Of a DNA stretch of 64,000 nucleotides, positions 38,051 to 48,592 are shown piece after piece. Each line of letters starts with the position of its first letter. The stretch's first letter is position 1. Origin of the DNA: Azolla caroliniana (lineage: Eukaryota; Plantae; Polypodiophyta); NCBI GenBank assembly GCA_043228905.1, contig JBHGNT010000022.1:5084001-5148000 (forward strand), in the 5' to 3' direction. The position numbers were made by a program, and so were the translations under genes. The notes beneath the pieces are model-generated. The model saw only the letters and a program-made list of their open reading frames with translations. It was not told the origin of the DNA and did not search any database.

Positions 38051-41000
38051 TATGGTAAATAAGGAATTATGGCAGCTTTCCATTCATTATGATTTGGACT
38101 TTGCACTGCCTCATTGATAGTTATGGGATCATCCGAAATGTCTGATGTGGTTGAGGGGGAACCAAGAGCTAAAAATGCAAACTCAAATTCAAATTGATGG
38201 TCCGCAACAAGAGCGTCTATTTTTTTTGTGTGATCATAAAGATCTTGAATAGTACACACTTTCTTTGGAGTAGATGTAGGGCTAAGTGAACTAGGTGATT
38301 TCGCAATGTCAGAACTATTTGTATGTTCTACATGTTGATTATTAGTGGAATATGAAGTATTTCTACATCCTATTTTAATTACTTTTGCATCATTGTAATT
38401 TGTGACCAATGGTTTTCAACTTGCCATTAAGGCGTGAGGATCGTCGTAGTGGGATAAGGAGATTTTTAATAGGATGGGAACATGAATAATCAATGTGAGT
38501 TAGTTGTGTTCCATCTAAAGGTTTTTCCTTATGTGTTCCATCCAAAGGTTTTTTCCTTATGGTGATTATTAAAGCTCTTTTTAGTTTGGGTGGGGTTAGT
38601 GTTTAAAATTGGAGTATGTACATAAGTTTGTTGTGATTGTTTGGTTATTAGAGGCAATAAGTTGGAGTCATTGGTTGAACTTGAGACTTGTAGGTGGACC
38701 TCTAGAGATGAGGGCATTAATGGAGGAGAGTTAATTGTGACTTGTTGAATTTCCAAGGACATTTGTGGAGCTCGCCAAGAATTAGTAGGTGATGATATTA
38801 CTTCTTTATTGGATTCAGTGTTAGGACATGGTAGTCGCGTCTTGTATCTTTTCATAACCATGATGTGGGTGAGGATTAGATATAAGTTTGTCTTCATCAA
38901 ATATCACTCGTCGGCTAAATATAAATCTTTTGAATTTTGGGTCGTATAATCGGTAACCCTTATAGCCATGAGGTTCGCCATACCCAGCAAATATTGTGTG
39001 AACTGCGTGATTATCTAATTTTGATCGAGTTTCTAAGGGTACGAGTGCATATGATGGACATCCAAAGATTCTTAGATGTTCATAATTTGGATTTTTTCCA
39101 AACCACAAGGAAAATGGAGTAGTCCTAATTGATCAACTATATGTTCTATTGAATATATAACAAGCGGTCGACATAGCCTCTTCCCAATATGTTCGGAGAA
39201 GGTTTGCAACGGCGAGCATGAACCGAGTGACATCCATATGCAACCGGTTTCGTCGTTCAGCCCTTGAATTGTGTTGGGGTGTATATGGGATGGTAACCCA
39301 TTGTTGAATCCCATGATTTTGACAGTAAGTTTGGAAGTTTTGGGACTTGAATTATCCACCATTATCTGATTGGAGTACTTTAAGGGGTAAATCTTGTTGA
39401 TTTGTTGCAAGTTTATCATAGGCTTTGAATTTCTCAAGGACTTGATCACTACATTTTGTCTTGAGAAACGTGACCATTGTGAAAGGAGTAAAGTCATCGA
39501 TAAATGTTAGGAAATATACATTTCCAGATAGGGATGGGGTAGACAAAGGACCACATATATCTGTGTGCACCAGTTGGAGGGGTTTAGTGGTCGTTGTAGG
39601 ATGGGATGGAAATGGCGAGTTAGAGAGTTTTCCAAATATACACCCTTCGCAAAGGGATAGTTTCGATTTACTAGGAAGAGTAAAACCAATTGCTATATGT
39701 TGTCGGGCCATGTGAACCATAATTTGATTGTTTAAGTGGCCTAATTGATAGTGCCATAATAAGGTCATATAGTTTGATGTGTTTGAATTTATCTATGTGG
39801 TGTGCTTCTTCGGCAGGTACCACAAGCGGCCTAAAAGGTAAAGACATCCTTGTCTTGGACAGTTAACAACATAGCCTCGTCCAAAGGGTGTCTTATGATG
39901 AATGATACAATATTTGTGATAAAACTCGACGGATGTATTATCATTTGTGAGTTTATTGACAGATATCAAGTTTTTTGCTATGTTAGGTATATAGTAAACT
40001 TCATTGATTTCAAAGAAGTTCCCATTAGAAAGTTCAAGATGGGCAGTCCCATGTCCAAGGGCATATTCAACCCCATTATTCCCAAATCTAACTGGGAAAG
40101 GATGTTCTAAGACCTTATAGTCTTTGAGCCATTCAACTCTTGAGGTGAGGTGACATGTGGCACTTGTATCAAGAATCCACGTTGAAGTGGGAGAGTTGCT
40201 AAATGAAGTGAGGGCCATGAAGGCAATGAAAGAGTCTTCATTATCCTCATCGGAATTTTGGTCATTATGACATATGTCATTATTTTGATCATAGTCATCA
40301 TGTGATGCATTGTAAGATTGGTCTTCTTTATATGTTCTTTTCCCATTGTTAGGATTCCTATAACAATCTTTCGTTTCATGTCCACTCCTTTGACATTTTT
40401 TACAAAAGGATCTAAGGAACCTAGATTTGTTATGATTCCTTGAATCATTAAATTTAGAAGTCCGTGAATAAAATTTGGAGTTATTAGGTTGGAATGTTGA
40501 TCTAGGTTTATTGTAAGGTTTTTTATTGTAATTTGGATGTTTGATATAAAGTGCGGCATGAGATGAGGGTTGATTTATTGCCCTACGAAGTATGTTTTCT
40601 TGTGAGATTGATGCCACTAACTAATGTTGGTTGATGTGGATTTTGTACTTATAAATGGTTGCCATGATGGGGGTAGGGTGGCTAACAATAGGGCAGATTG
40701 CACGGAACTTGGCAAACTAAGTCCTGAAAGGATCACATCATCAAGTCGAAGTCTCCAATTTTTAACAAATGTATCAACATCATCATTTTCATATTTATTA
40801 AAGTTTTTAAATTTGCAACTTGGGACGTAACGTCCGTATGGAGGTAATTAGCCTGTAATCTATCCCATACATTTTTGTTTGGATGTAGTCAAGGTTCTCA
40901 CATTTAAGTGTGTCCTCCATATGAAGGAGAAGTTCTAAGCGAGCGTTTAAATCACGCAGCTTCCATGTTTGCACGTCAAGTGCATTTGTGGGGACATTAA

Positions 41001-41340
41001 TGTCGGGGCACACGTCGGTTCCATCAACGATATTTAACAAGTCATGTTGTTCTAATATAATTTCCATGGTCATACGCCATGGTTGATAGTTTTTATCATT
41101 CAATTTTTCAATGTAATAAGTGCGAGACGATACTTGGGTGGCATGTGCCGCCACATTTGCTATCACTCCAACGTTTGACATGGTCGAAAATCGTTTCATT
41201 AACTCACACGTTCGTTATTAACACCGCGACACAATTCTCGGTGGGGTTGGACTCCTTCACTACTTTGATACCATATGGTAAATAAGGAATTATGGAATGG
41301 AAAGAGAGGGAGAGAGAGAGAGAGGGAAGAATAATATTTA
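38051..41340 (-). mobile_element. Ty1/copia element lacking RT/RNaseH (internal deletion), divergent from and ~0.8 kb upstream of the decarboxylase gene
   Basis: PBS-like tggtatcaaag (minus strand, 41273-41263); gag YYIEKLNDKNYQPW and CKKCQRSGH; protease WILDTSAT; integrase LVHTDICGP; the same 22-bp LTR end at 41274-41295 and 38051-38072. Confidence 0.85.
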
Positions 41341-41907
41341 TTTAATGATAGTTCTTTTTTTGTCTCTCTCTACAACCAATCGACCACAGAGAGAGTAAAT
41401 GTAGTGGTTATACTAGGTGCACCCAGGTATACGTGCACCCTATACTTGGGGTGCACCTTTTCATATCATATAACTTATCGTCTTATTATTAAAGAAGAAA
41501 TCGTCGTGGTCACGATAGAACTTTAATGTCCATAATGCAAAATGGATCTCGCAAGGACTCATGCCAAAAGCAAAATGGTGTGGAGAATGTGGGCCTTAAC
41601 CAAATATAGTTAGCATTGTTGTTGCTCTGTCTTTGGTCTTATTGTCCTTTGAGAGTGTCGCTTTTGAGGGCATGCAGCCATATTTAGTGCTTTGACAGAG
41701 ACATGAGAGACTCGTGAGTACGGCAAAGCAGGAAGGGAAAATGAATGATTTGCACATGATGACAAAAGAACAAGAGCACGAGATGAACACGTGATGGATA
41801 GTCAGTCAGTCACTGATATGTAATGATAATATGGACACACACACACACACACAATAATATGCTTTGGAATACTATCAAGTTTCTATCACCATCAACCAGG
41901 GTTGTTC

Positions 41908-41913
41908 TATAAA
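41908..41913 (+). promoter_or_regulatory. Candidate TATA box of the decarboxylase gene
   Basis: cTATAAAg 180 bp upstream of ATG 42088, followed by pyrimidine-rich initiator-like sequence and (TATACA)n/(CTAT)n 5' UTR repeats. Confidence 0.5.
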
Positions 41914-42024
41914 GAGCTGGAAGTTCGATCACCTTCTTTCATTCAGCCTTCCTTCATCCATATACATATACATATACATATACATATATATATATTAAGA
42001 GAGTGAGAGAGCTACATAAGCTAC

Positions 42025-42063
<39 letters not shown>

Positions 42064-42087
42064 ACCCTATTTATTAATCTAATAATC

Positions 42088-42546
42088 ATGTCTCAGAATG
42101 GCGTAAAGACTCTGGTGAACGGGAACGTGAACGGTGGTGGTGTGGTCATGGCCAGCCTCGTGCCGTTCAAGAGGAAGGCCGCTCCCACCAGCGAGGCCAA
42201 CGCTCCTGCCGCTAAGAAGGCGGCGGCGGCGGCGGCGGCTACCGACAAAGTGCTGCTGAACGGGGACATGGACAGAGATTTCGCCATCAAGAAGGCGGCG
42301 GAAAGCTCGTACCTGAAGTCCAAGGCGTCCACCATCTGGAAAAATCCATACCCGGACGTTTGGGGCATCCGTGACGCGTACAAAGTCTTCAACCTGGAGT
42401 CCGGCGGCCTGTCGGCGGAGGCCCTGGACAGGGCCCACAGCATGGTCCGCAAGCACATCGACACGCAGACCTCCCGGGAGCTGGGCTACCAGTGTAACCT
42501 GCACATCAACGCCTCCAAATATGCGTCCCACTATCTGGACACCTCT
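42088..42546 (+). CDS. Exon 1 of group II PLP-dependent amino acid decarboxylase (histidine/serine decarboxylase family)
   Basis: 153 codons with GC3-rich usage, ELGYQCN motif, ends at donor TCT|GTAAGA. Start could alternatively be ATG 42148. Confidence 0.85.
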
Positions 42547-42695
42547 GTAAGACTAGAGTGAATTTCAAAATACATATTATAATAGAAGTAAGTAGTAGTA
42601 GAAGAAGAAGAAGCATTGCAGATGATGATGATGATGATGATGATGAATAACTTTACTTACTCTATTCTATCATCCCTTGGCATGAATGACTATAG

Positions 42696-44099
42696 CTCAA
42701 CAACATCGGCGACCCCTTCATGGAGGGCAACAACACCATCAACACCAAGTACATGGAGCGCGCGGTTCTGGACTACTACGCGCGCCTGTGGCATGGGGTG
42801 GAGCCTCACAGCAAGGAGAACCTGGAGTCGTACTGGGGGTTCGTGCTCACCATGGGCTCCACGGAGGGCAACCTGTACGCCATGTGGAACGCGCGCGACT
42901 ACCTCGGCGGCAAGAAGATGCTCGTTGACGTCCAAAGCGGGGGCACGACGTTGCACATCCCCGAGCAGGGCCACGTGAATCTGCCCCAGTTCGTCTACCA
43001 CAGCGCCCCGCTCTCACTGGCAGGAAGTGATACCGCCTACTCCCCCATCGCCTTCTACTCCGAAGACACGCATTACTCCATCACCAAGACCATGGTCGTG
43101 CTCGGCATACAATCGTTCGCTGCCGTGGGCTCGGCCAGCTACCCCGGCCAGTGCCCGCTGCAAGGCATGTATGGCGAATGGCCGGCAGAGGTCCCGTCCC
43201 ACGACGATGGCACCATCAACATCGAAGCACTTGCTTTACTAGTCGACTTCTTTGCGTCCAAGGGCCATCCCATCATCGTCAACTTCAACTACGGCACCAC
43301 GTTCAAGGGCTCATACGACGATGTGGAGAGGGCCAGCGAAGTGCTCACGCCCATCCTCAAGAAGCACGGCTTGTACGAGAGGGAGGTGCACTGGAATGAG
43401 GAGGACCCCAAGGTGTTCGACATTCGGACAGGGTTCTGGTTCCATGTGGACGGCGCGCTCGGGGCGACGTTCATGCCGTACGTGGAGATGGCGTACAACA
43501 ACCCTGACGGGCCCCTCATCGAGAAGAAGGGACCGATCTTCGATTTCCGGCTGCCGACCGTGCACTCGATCTCGACCAGCGGACACAAGTGGCCCGGGAC
43601 GCCCATGCCCACGGGGGTGTTCATGACCAGGACCAAGTATCAGATGAATCCGCCCGAGATGCCCGAGTATATAGGGACGCCCGACACGACGTTCGCGGGG
43701 TCCCGCAACGGCCTGTCGGCAATGGTCTTGTGGGAGAAGCTCGCGCGCTACTCGCTACGCGACCAGATCAAGAAGGTGCTCGACCAACTAAATCTAGCGA
43801 CCACAGCCGAGGCCATGCTCCGGCATCTCCAGGACATCCTCAACACGGACCTGCTGGTCGCGCGCTCCGAGCTCTCCCTCACCATTCGCTTCCGGCAAGC
43901 CAACGACTACCTGTGCAAGAAGTATTCGTTGTCCAATGAGGCAATCGACGGGAATCGTTACTCGCACATCTTTATCATGGAACACGTGACTGAGGAGCTT
44001 CTCAAGAAATTCATCGAGGATCTCAAGGTTCCCGGGGCCTTCGTGGTGCCCACCCCCGAGGCTTTCATGGAAAATAATAATTATAAGCGAAAAAATTAA
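42696..44099 (+). CDS. Exon 2 of group II PLP-dependent amino acid decarboxylase (total ~620 aa)
   Basis: Acceptor TATAG|CTC gives in-frame YLDTS-LNNIGDPF; motifs GSTEGNL, THYS, NYGTTFKGSYDD, WFHVDGALG, STSGHKWPG (PLP lysine), EYIGTPDTTFAGSRNG; uninterrupted ORF; intron is 149 bp, phase 0. Confidence 0.92.
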   Translation, partial: LNNIGDPFMEGNNTINTKYMERAVLDYYARLWHGVEPHSKENLESYWGFVLTMGSTEGNLYAMWNARDYLGGKKMLVDVQSGGTTLHIPEQGHVNLPQFVYHSAPLSLAGSDTAYSPIAFYSEDTHYSITKTMVVLGIQSFAAVGSASYPGQCPLQGMYGEWPAEVPSHDDGTINIEALALLVDFFASKGHPIIVNFNYGTTFKGSYDDVERASEVLTPILKKHGLYEREVHWNEEDPKVFDIRTGFWFHVDGALGATFMPYVEMAYNNPDGPLIEKKGPIFDFRLPTVHSISTSGHKWPGTPMPTGVFMTRTKYQMNPPEMPEYIGTPDTTFAGSRNGLSAMVLWEKLARYSLRDQIKKVLDQLNLATTAEAMLRHLQDILNTDLLVARSELSLTIRFRQANDYLCKKYSLSNEAIDGNRYSHIFIMEHVTEELLKKFIEDLKVPGAFVVPTPEAFMENNNYKRKN

Positions 44100-44291
44100 T
44101 AAGTAAATCATATCTGCTTTCATGGAAATGAATATTAATTATGAGCGAAAAAATTAAAAAATAAATCATATCCGTGCTGGTCTTATCATGTAATAGTTAA
44201 GGGATTTTTTATAATACAATATGTTTTCTTTTTTTTGGTATAAGCACACACAATTATATTAATTGTATGTAAATTTCACTTTAGTAACAAC

Positions 44292-44547
44292 CATAGAACG
44301 TAATATTCGTGTCCGTGCATACATTTTGACTTTTGAAAACGAGCATGTTTTAAATGGGAAAAATATGTGCTCCTTTTTTTTTCCTTTTATTTTTTTATTA
44401 TCACTACAATTTAGCTCACCCTAGTGGTAAAGAATCTTGGGTTCGATTCCCAATTTTCTCATCTCTTTCTCTCTCTCTCTCTCATTTCAAATGTGTTCGT
44501 TTCCAAACGTTGGAATGCTTGCACGAACACGAATATTACGTTCTATG
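44292..44547. mobile_element. hAT-type MITE
   Basis: TIR CATAGAACGTAATATTCGTGT / ACACGAATATTACGTTCTATG; 8-bp TSD gtaacaac/gttacaac. Confidence 0.8.
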
Positions 44548-45425
44548 GTTACAACACTTCTTAGTCTCCTCTATCTATCATATGCCTATGTAGGGAGAGG
44601 AACGTTTTGTAATGTTACTAAAAAACATGAATATGCATTTGAGGAAATGATCCCCACATGCTCTAATATCCAAAAATTCCACATAAGAATACTTTTAAGC
44701 TTCTTTATATAGGCTTTCACCCCATGTTTATTATCAAACATGAAAGCGTTATGCATATTCCAATTGTGGTGTAGACCCCAATAACGTAAAAATTGGAACA
44801 ATATCTCCATCTCATCATTTGATCCATTTTGAACATATTGAGAAAAAACCCATTGTTGAGGTCTCAAACAACAACGGTTTAAAACTTGTCAAATGTCCGA
44901 TAAGTACTTCCAAATGGTACATGCTATAGGACATTTAATGAACCTATGTGTACTATCCTCCAATGGAACGGTGCAAAAGAAACAAGTGCCTGAACCTAGT
45001 CCTCATCTCTTTAAGGCCGAACCTAATGGGAGCCCACCAATCATGACACTCCATATGAATACCTTTGCACGAAATGGTAGATGGGAATGCCAACCACGTT
45101 GTAATATTCTCCACCACCTTGCATCTGACTTATATACATTCCAAAACTTCATTGCTTTAGGAGATAGCCAAGATAATGATGCCATCGCATGATGATACAA
45201 TATATTTGTAGTGACCTGTAACAAGCGTGTACCATCTTCTAACCGCCAATCTACCCAAGGTGCAAAATTGGTTTTCAATGGCAAAGATCCTTGCAACAAT
45301 GGTATACCATGTAATTTCTCCCAAATAAATCCATAATTTGGAGGAATACATAACCATCTCTTGGCATCTTCAAAATTCGACAACCTTTGAGATTCATTAT
45401 CAACCAGATCTTCCAAATGTACAAT

Positions 45426-45644
45426 TAGGGATCGGCAACGGCTCGGTTCAAGCCTAAACCGTTTCGCTTAGCTGACTTAAAACGGCTTAGCGGCTCGGCT
45501 TGAATTGGTTTAGGCTTGAACTTGCCTTAATGGTTTGAGCTCGGCTCGACTTGGCTTGAGCCTCGCCAAACCGGCTCAAGCCGGTTAAGCCGTTTAGAAA
45601 CTTTAGAGAGAGAGGGAGAGAGAGAGAAGGAGACAACAGACAAG

Positions 45645-45713
<69 letters not shown>

Positions 45714-45861
45714 TGAGGGAGAACTACACAGACGAGGAGAGAGAGAGAGAGGGAGGGAGACAACAGATAAGGGGAGAGAGAGAGAGAGAGAGAGAGACGT
45801 GAGAGAGAGAGTAGGAGGGAGAGCTTGTGCAATGTATACTATATAGTATATAGTGGATCAT

Positions 45862-45905
<44 letters not shown>

Positions 45906-46063
45906 TTTCCAAGCCGTTTACCAAGCTAGTTCACAAACCGGTTTAGCCTAAATCGGTTCAGTTCGGTTCAAGTTTGAGATTCCTTAAACGGTTTAGGCTT
46001 AGCCGGTTTGGCCTGATCCAAGCCAAAATGGCTAAGCCTAAACCAAACCGTTGCCGATCCCCA
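45426..46063. mobile_element. hAT-type MITE with (GA)n core, inserted in the LINE
   Basis: TIR T(A/G)GGGATCGGCAACGG; perfect 8-bp TSD tgtacaat; subterminal aaccg/cggtt repeats. Confidence 0.9.
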
Positions 46064-48024
46064 TGTACAATCCCCAATCGAAATAAATGATTGAATTGAG
46101 ATCTCAACTTCTCTTTCCCATGCCAAAACAACACTCAAGAAGAAACAAGCAATTCTTTTTGTAATGAATTACAATATTCTCGATCACTTGATGGTTCCCA
46201 TTCAAAAAGACATAATGCATCTTGCCACGATCTTACCAAATGTTGTCCACATACAGAATGTCGAATCTTTAGAGGAATACTTCCATTCAGTAGTGGCCAC
46301 CATGATGCTTGAATCTTTGTTTTCCCATGCACTAATCCTTCATGCTCAATAAAATATTGCATCATAGATATCCATGGTTGATCTTGTTGACATATATCTC
46401 GTAATAATGTAAATCTACGAGCCATCAAATGCCTTTCCAAATCCAATATTGCTGCACCACCTAACCTTTTAGGAGTAGCCAAATGGTCCCATGAAATCCA
46501 TGTAACTCCCATCATTTCTCCCTTTTGCCACAACATGAACCGAATAGGTTGTAACATGCTTTGTAATGCCTTCTTAGTCCAAGGAAGTAAAGGCAAAAAA
46601 TATAATAACATGGGTATCAAGATACACTGTACCACTTTGAGTCGTACATGAAAGGGCCATAATTGAGACTTCCAATACATAAATTTGTCCCTCAATTTAC
46701 TACCAATCTAATCAATCAATTGAACATTTATAACATCAATGCCCAATGGATAACCCAAATGTCAATAAATTGAACCTCGCCATCCCAAACATTCCAAATC
46801 ACTCTCCGTACAAGAAATAAGGCGAGACTTCCTCCAATTTATATACAACCCTGAAGCCAAAGCAAATTGATCCCAGACTTGCATACTCCTTTTAAGATTT
46901 TCTTTTGAGGCTTGTAGAAACATAAAAGAATCATCTGCCAATGCTTGTGCCACCAATTGTCCACTAGAAGGATGATGCAAACCCACAATACCACCACTGG
47001 CCGCAATTTTTGACAACATTACTAACAAAGGATGTGTAACAATAGCAAATAACAATGGGCTTAGTGGACATCCTTGCCATGCGGATCTAGTAAGAAACAC
47101 TTTCGGAGTGACTCCGCCATTAACCATCACACGGGAGGTTGCATTTTGCACTAGCAGAAAGATAAGTCGACAAATGCGAGGACCAAACCCCATATTATAC
47201 ATTACACCTGAGAGGAAAGACCAATTAACATGATCATATGCTTTTTCCAAATCTAATTGCACCATAACCATTTCTTGATGTGTATGTCGAGCATAATCGG
47301 TCGCCATTTGAACATTCAAAACATTATGCAATATATTTCTACCTATGATAAAACCATATTGAGATGGATGAATAAGTTGGGGTAAGAACTTCTTAAGTCT
47401 GTTGGATAATATCTTTGAAAACACTTTGTACAACCCTCCTATCAATGAAATAGGCCTCCATTGATGAAATGACTCCAGAGATGGTACCTTTAGTATCAAT
47501 TTGATTAAGCCCACCTTCCAGCTCTTAGGCATGAAACCATAATCCCAACATTATTGAAGCATTTGTGTGAATGGACTCTTAAGCATGCTAGCATACTTCT
47601 TAAAAACTTCATTTGTAACACCATCCCAGCCAGGGCTTTTACCATTTGGAAGGTGTAGCAATACCTTTTCCACCTCAGCTTCTTCAAAATCAGCATCCAA
47701 TTCTTGACAAATATGTTGAGCGGCAAGCTTAATTGGAGCCGGATCGGCTGGATAAGCCTGAGCAGATGAGCGAGACGGATCGGTGAGCCGGTGAGCAAAA
47801 GAGCCGGTGAGCTGGGGAGCCGATTAGCCGAATCCATCAGTAACCGGAAGCCTAGTAGCATCTAGACTACTAGGGAGTTATAACTGTTGTAGTTAGTGTC
47901 AGACGCTCGAGTGAGCATTGAAGTACACAGTACTTCTGTCAGTCTGTATGGACTTGTATAAAAGTGTTCGTTGAACACATACGATGTACAGAGTGTTGAC
48001 ATAATTTTTGAATAGTGATTCTTG

Positions 48025-48106
<82 letters not shown>

Positions 48107-48366
48107 CCGCGTACTGTTAAGTTCTCCATTAAACCTGTTTTCTGTTTTTTTGTATTTTGTTTTCTATTGCTTCCGCACGCTATTTGTTTTTACATGGTAT
48201 CAGAGCGTGAGGGTTGAGAACCTTTGCAGCCGACATTCGCTTTTGCAAGAAGAAAACCTAACCTTTGTAAAGAACAGAAAAAAAAACAATGGATAGAGGA
48301 ATGACTAGCTCGCTTTCGGTGGAGAAGCTCGATAGATCCAACTACGCATCTTGGTCATACAAGATG

Positions 48367-48561
48367 TGTTATACGTTTTAGGGTTAGGGTATGATAATGA
48401 TAAAGATAGGAATAGGGCTAGCAATGATGGTAGATTGATAATGAATGTGTGATGATGAGAGAGGATGTGAAGAACAAGACAACCATTGAGAAGCATTGTG
48501 GGGTTGGGGGTGGTGCCTAGAATGGCTCCACCCCCCTCCCAAGGGGTTCAACGTTGAGGGG

Positions 48562-48592
<31 letters not shown>

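Larger units (their letters stand above)
44230..47713 (-). mobile_element. 5'-truncated L1/Tx1-type LINE (its last ~10 bp of 5' end lie at 54839-54848)
   Basis: RT motifs WRPISL, QLDLEKAYDHVNW, QGCPLSPLLF, LADDS; C-terminal KVFIW..CFFC zinc knuckle; short T-run at 44229-44236; TSD atacaata(t/c)gttttct at about 44214-44229 and 54862-54877. Confidence 0.88.

Noticed and set aside
42088-44099. Bacterial contamination or a biosynthetic gene cluster around the decarboxylase
   Set aside because: The gene has a GT-AG intron and is contiguous with plant retroelements; no other enzyme genes occur in the window.
42079-44123. Overlapping antisense and alternative-frame ORFs across the decarboxylase
   Set aside because: Expected by-product of high GC3 codon usage.
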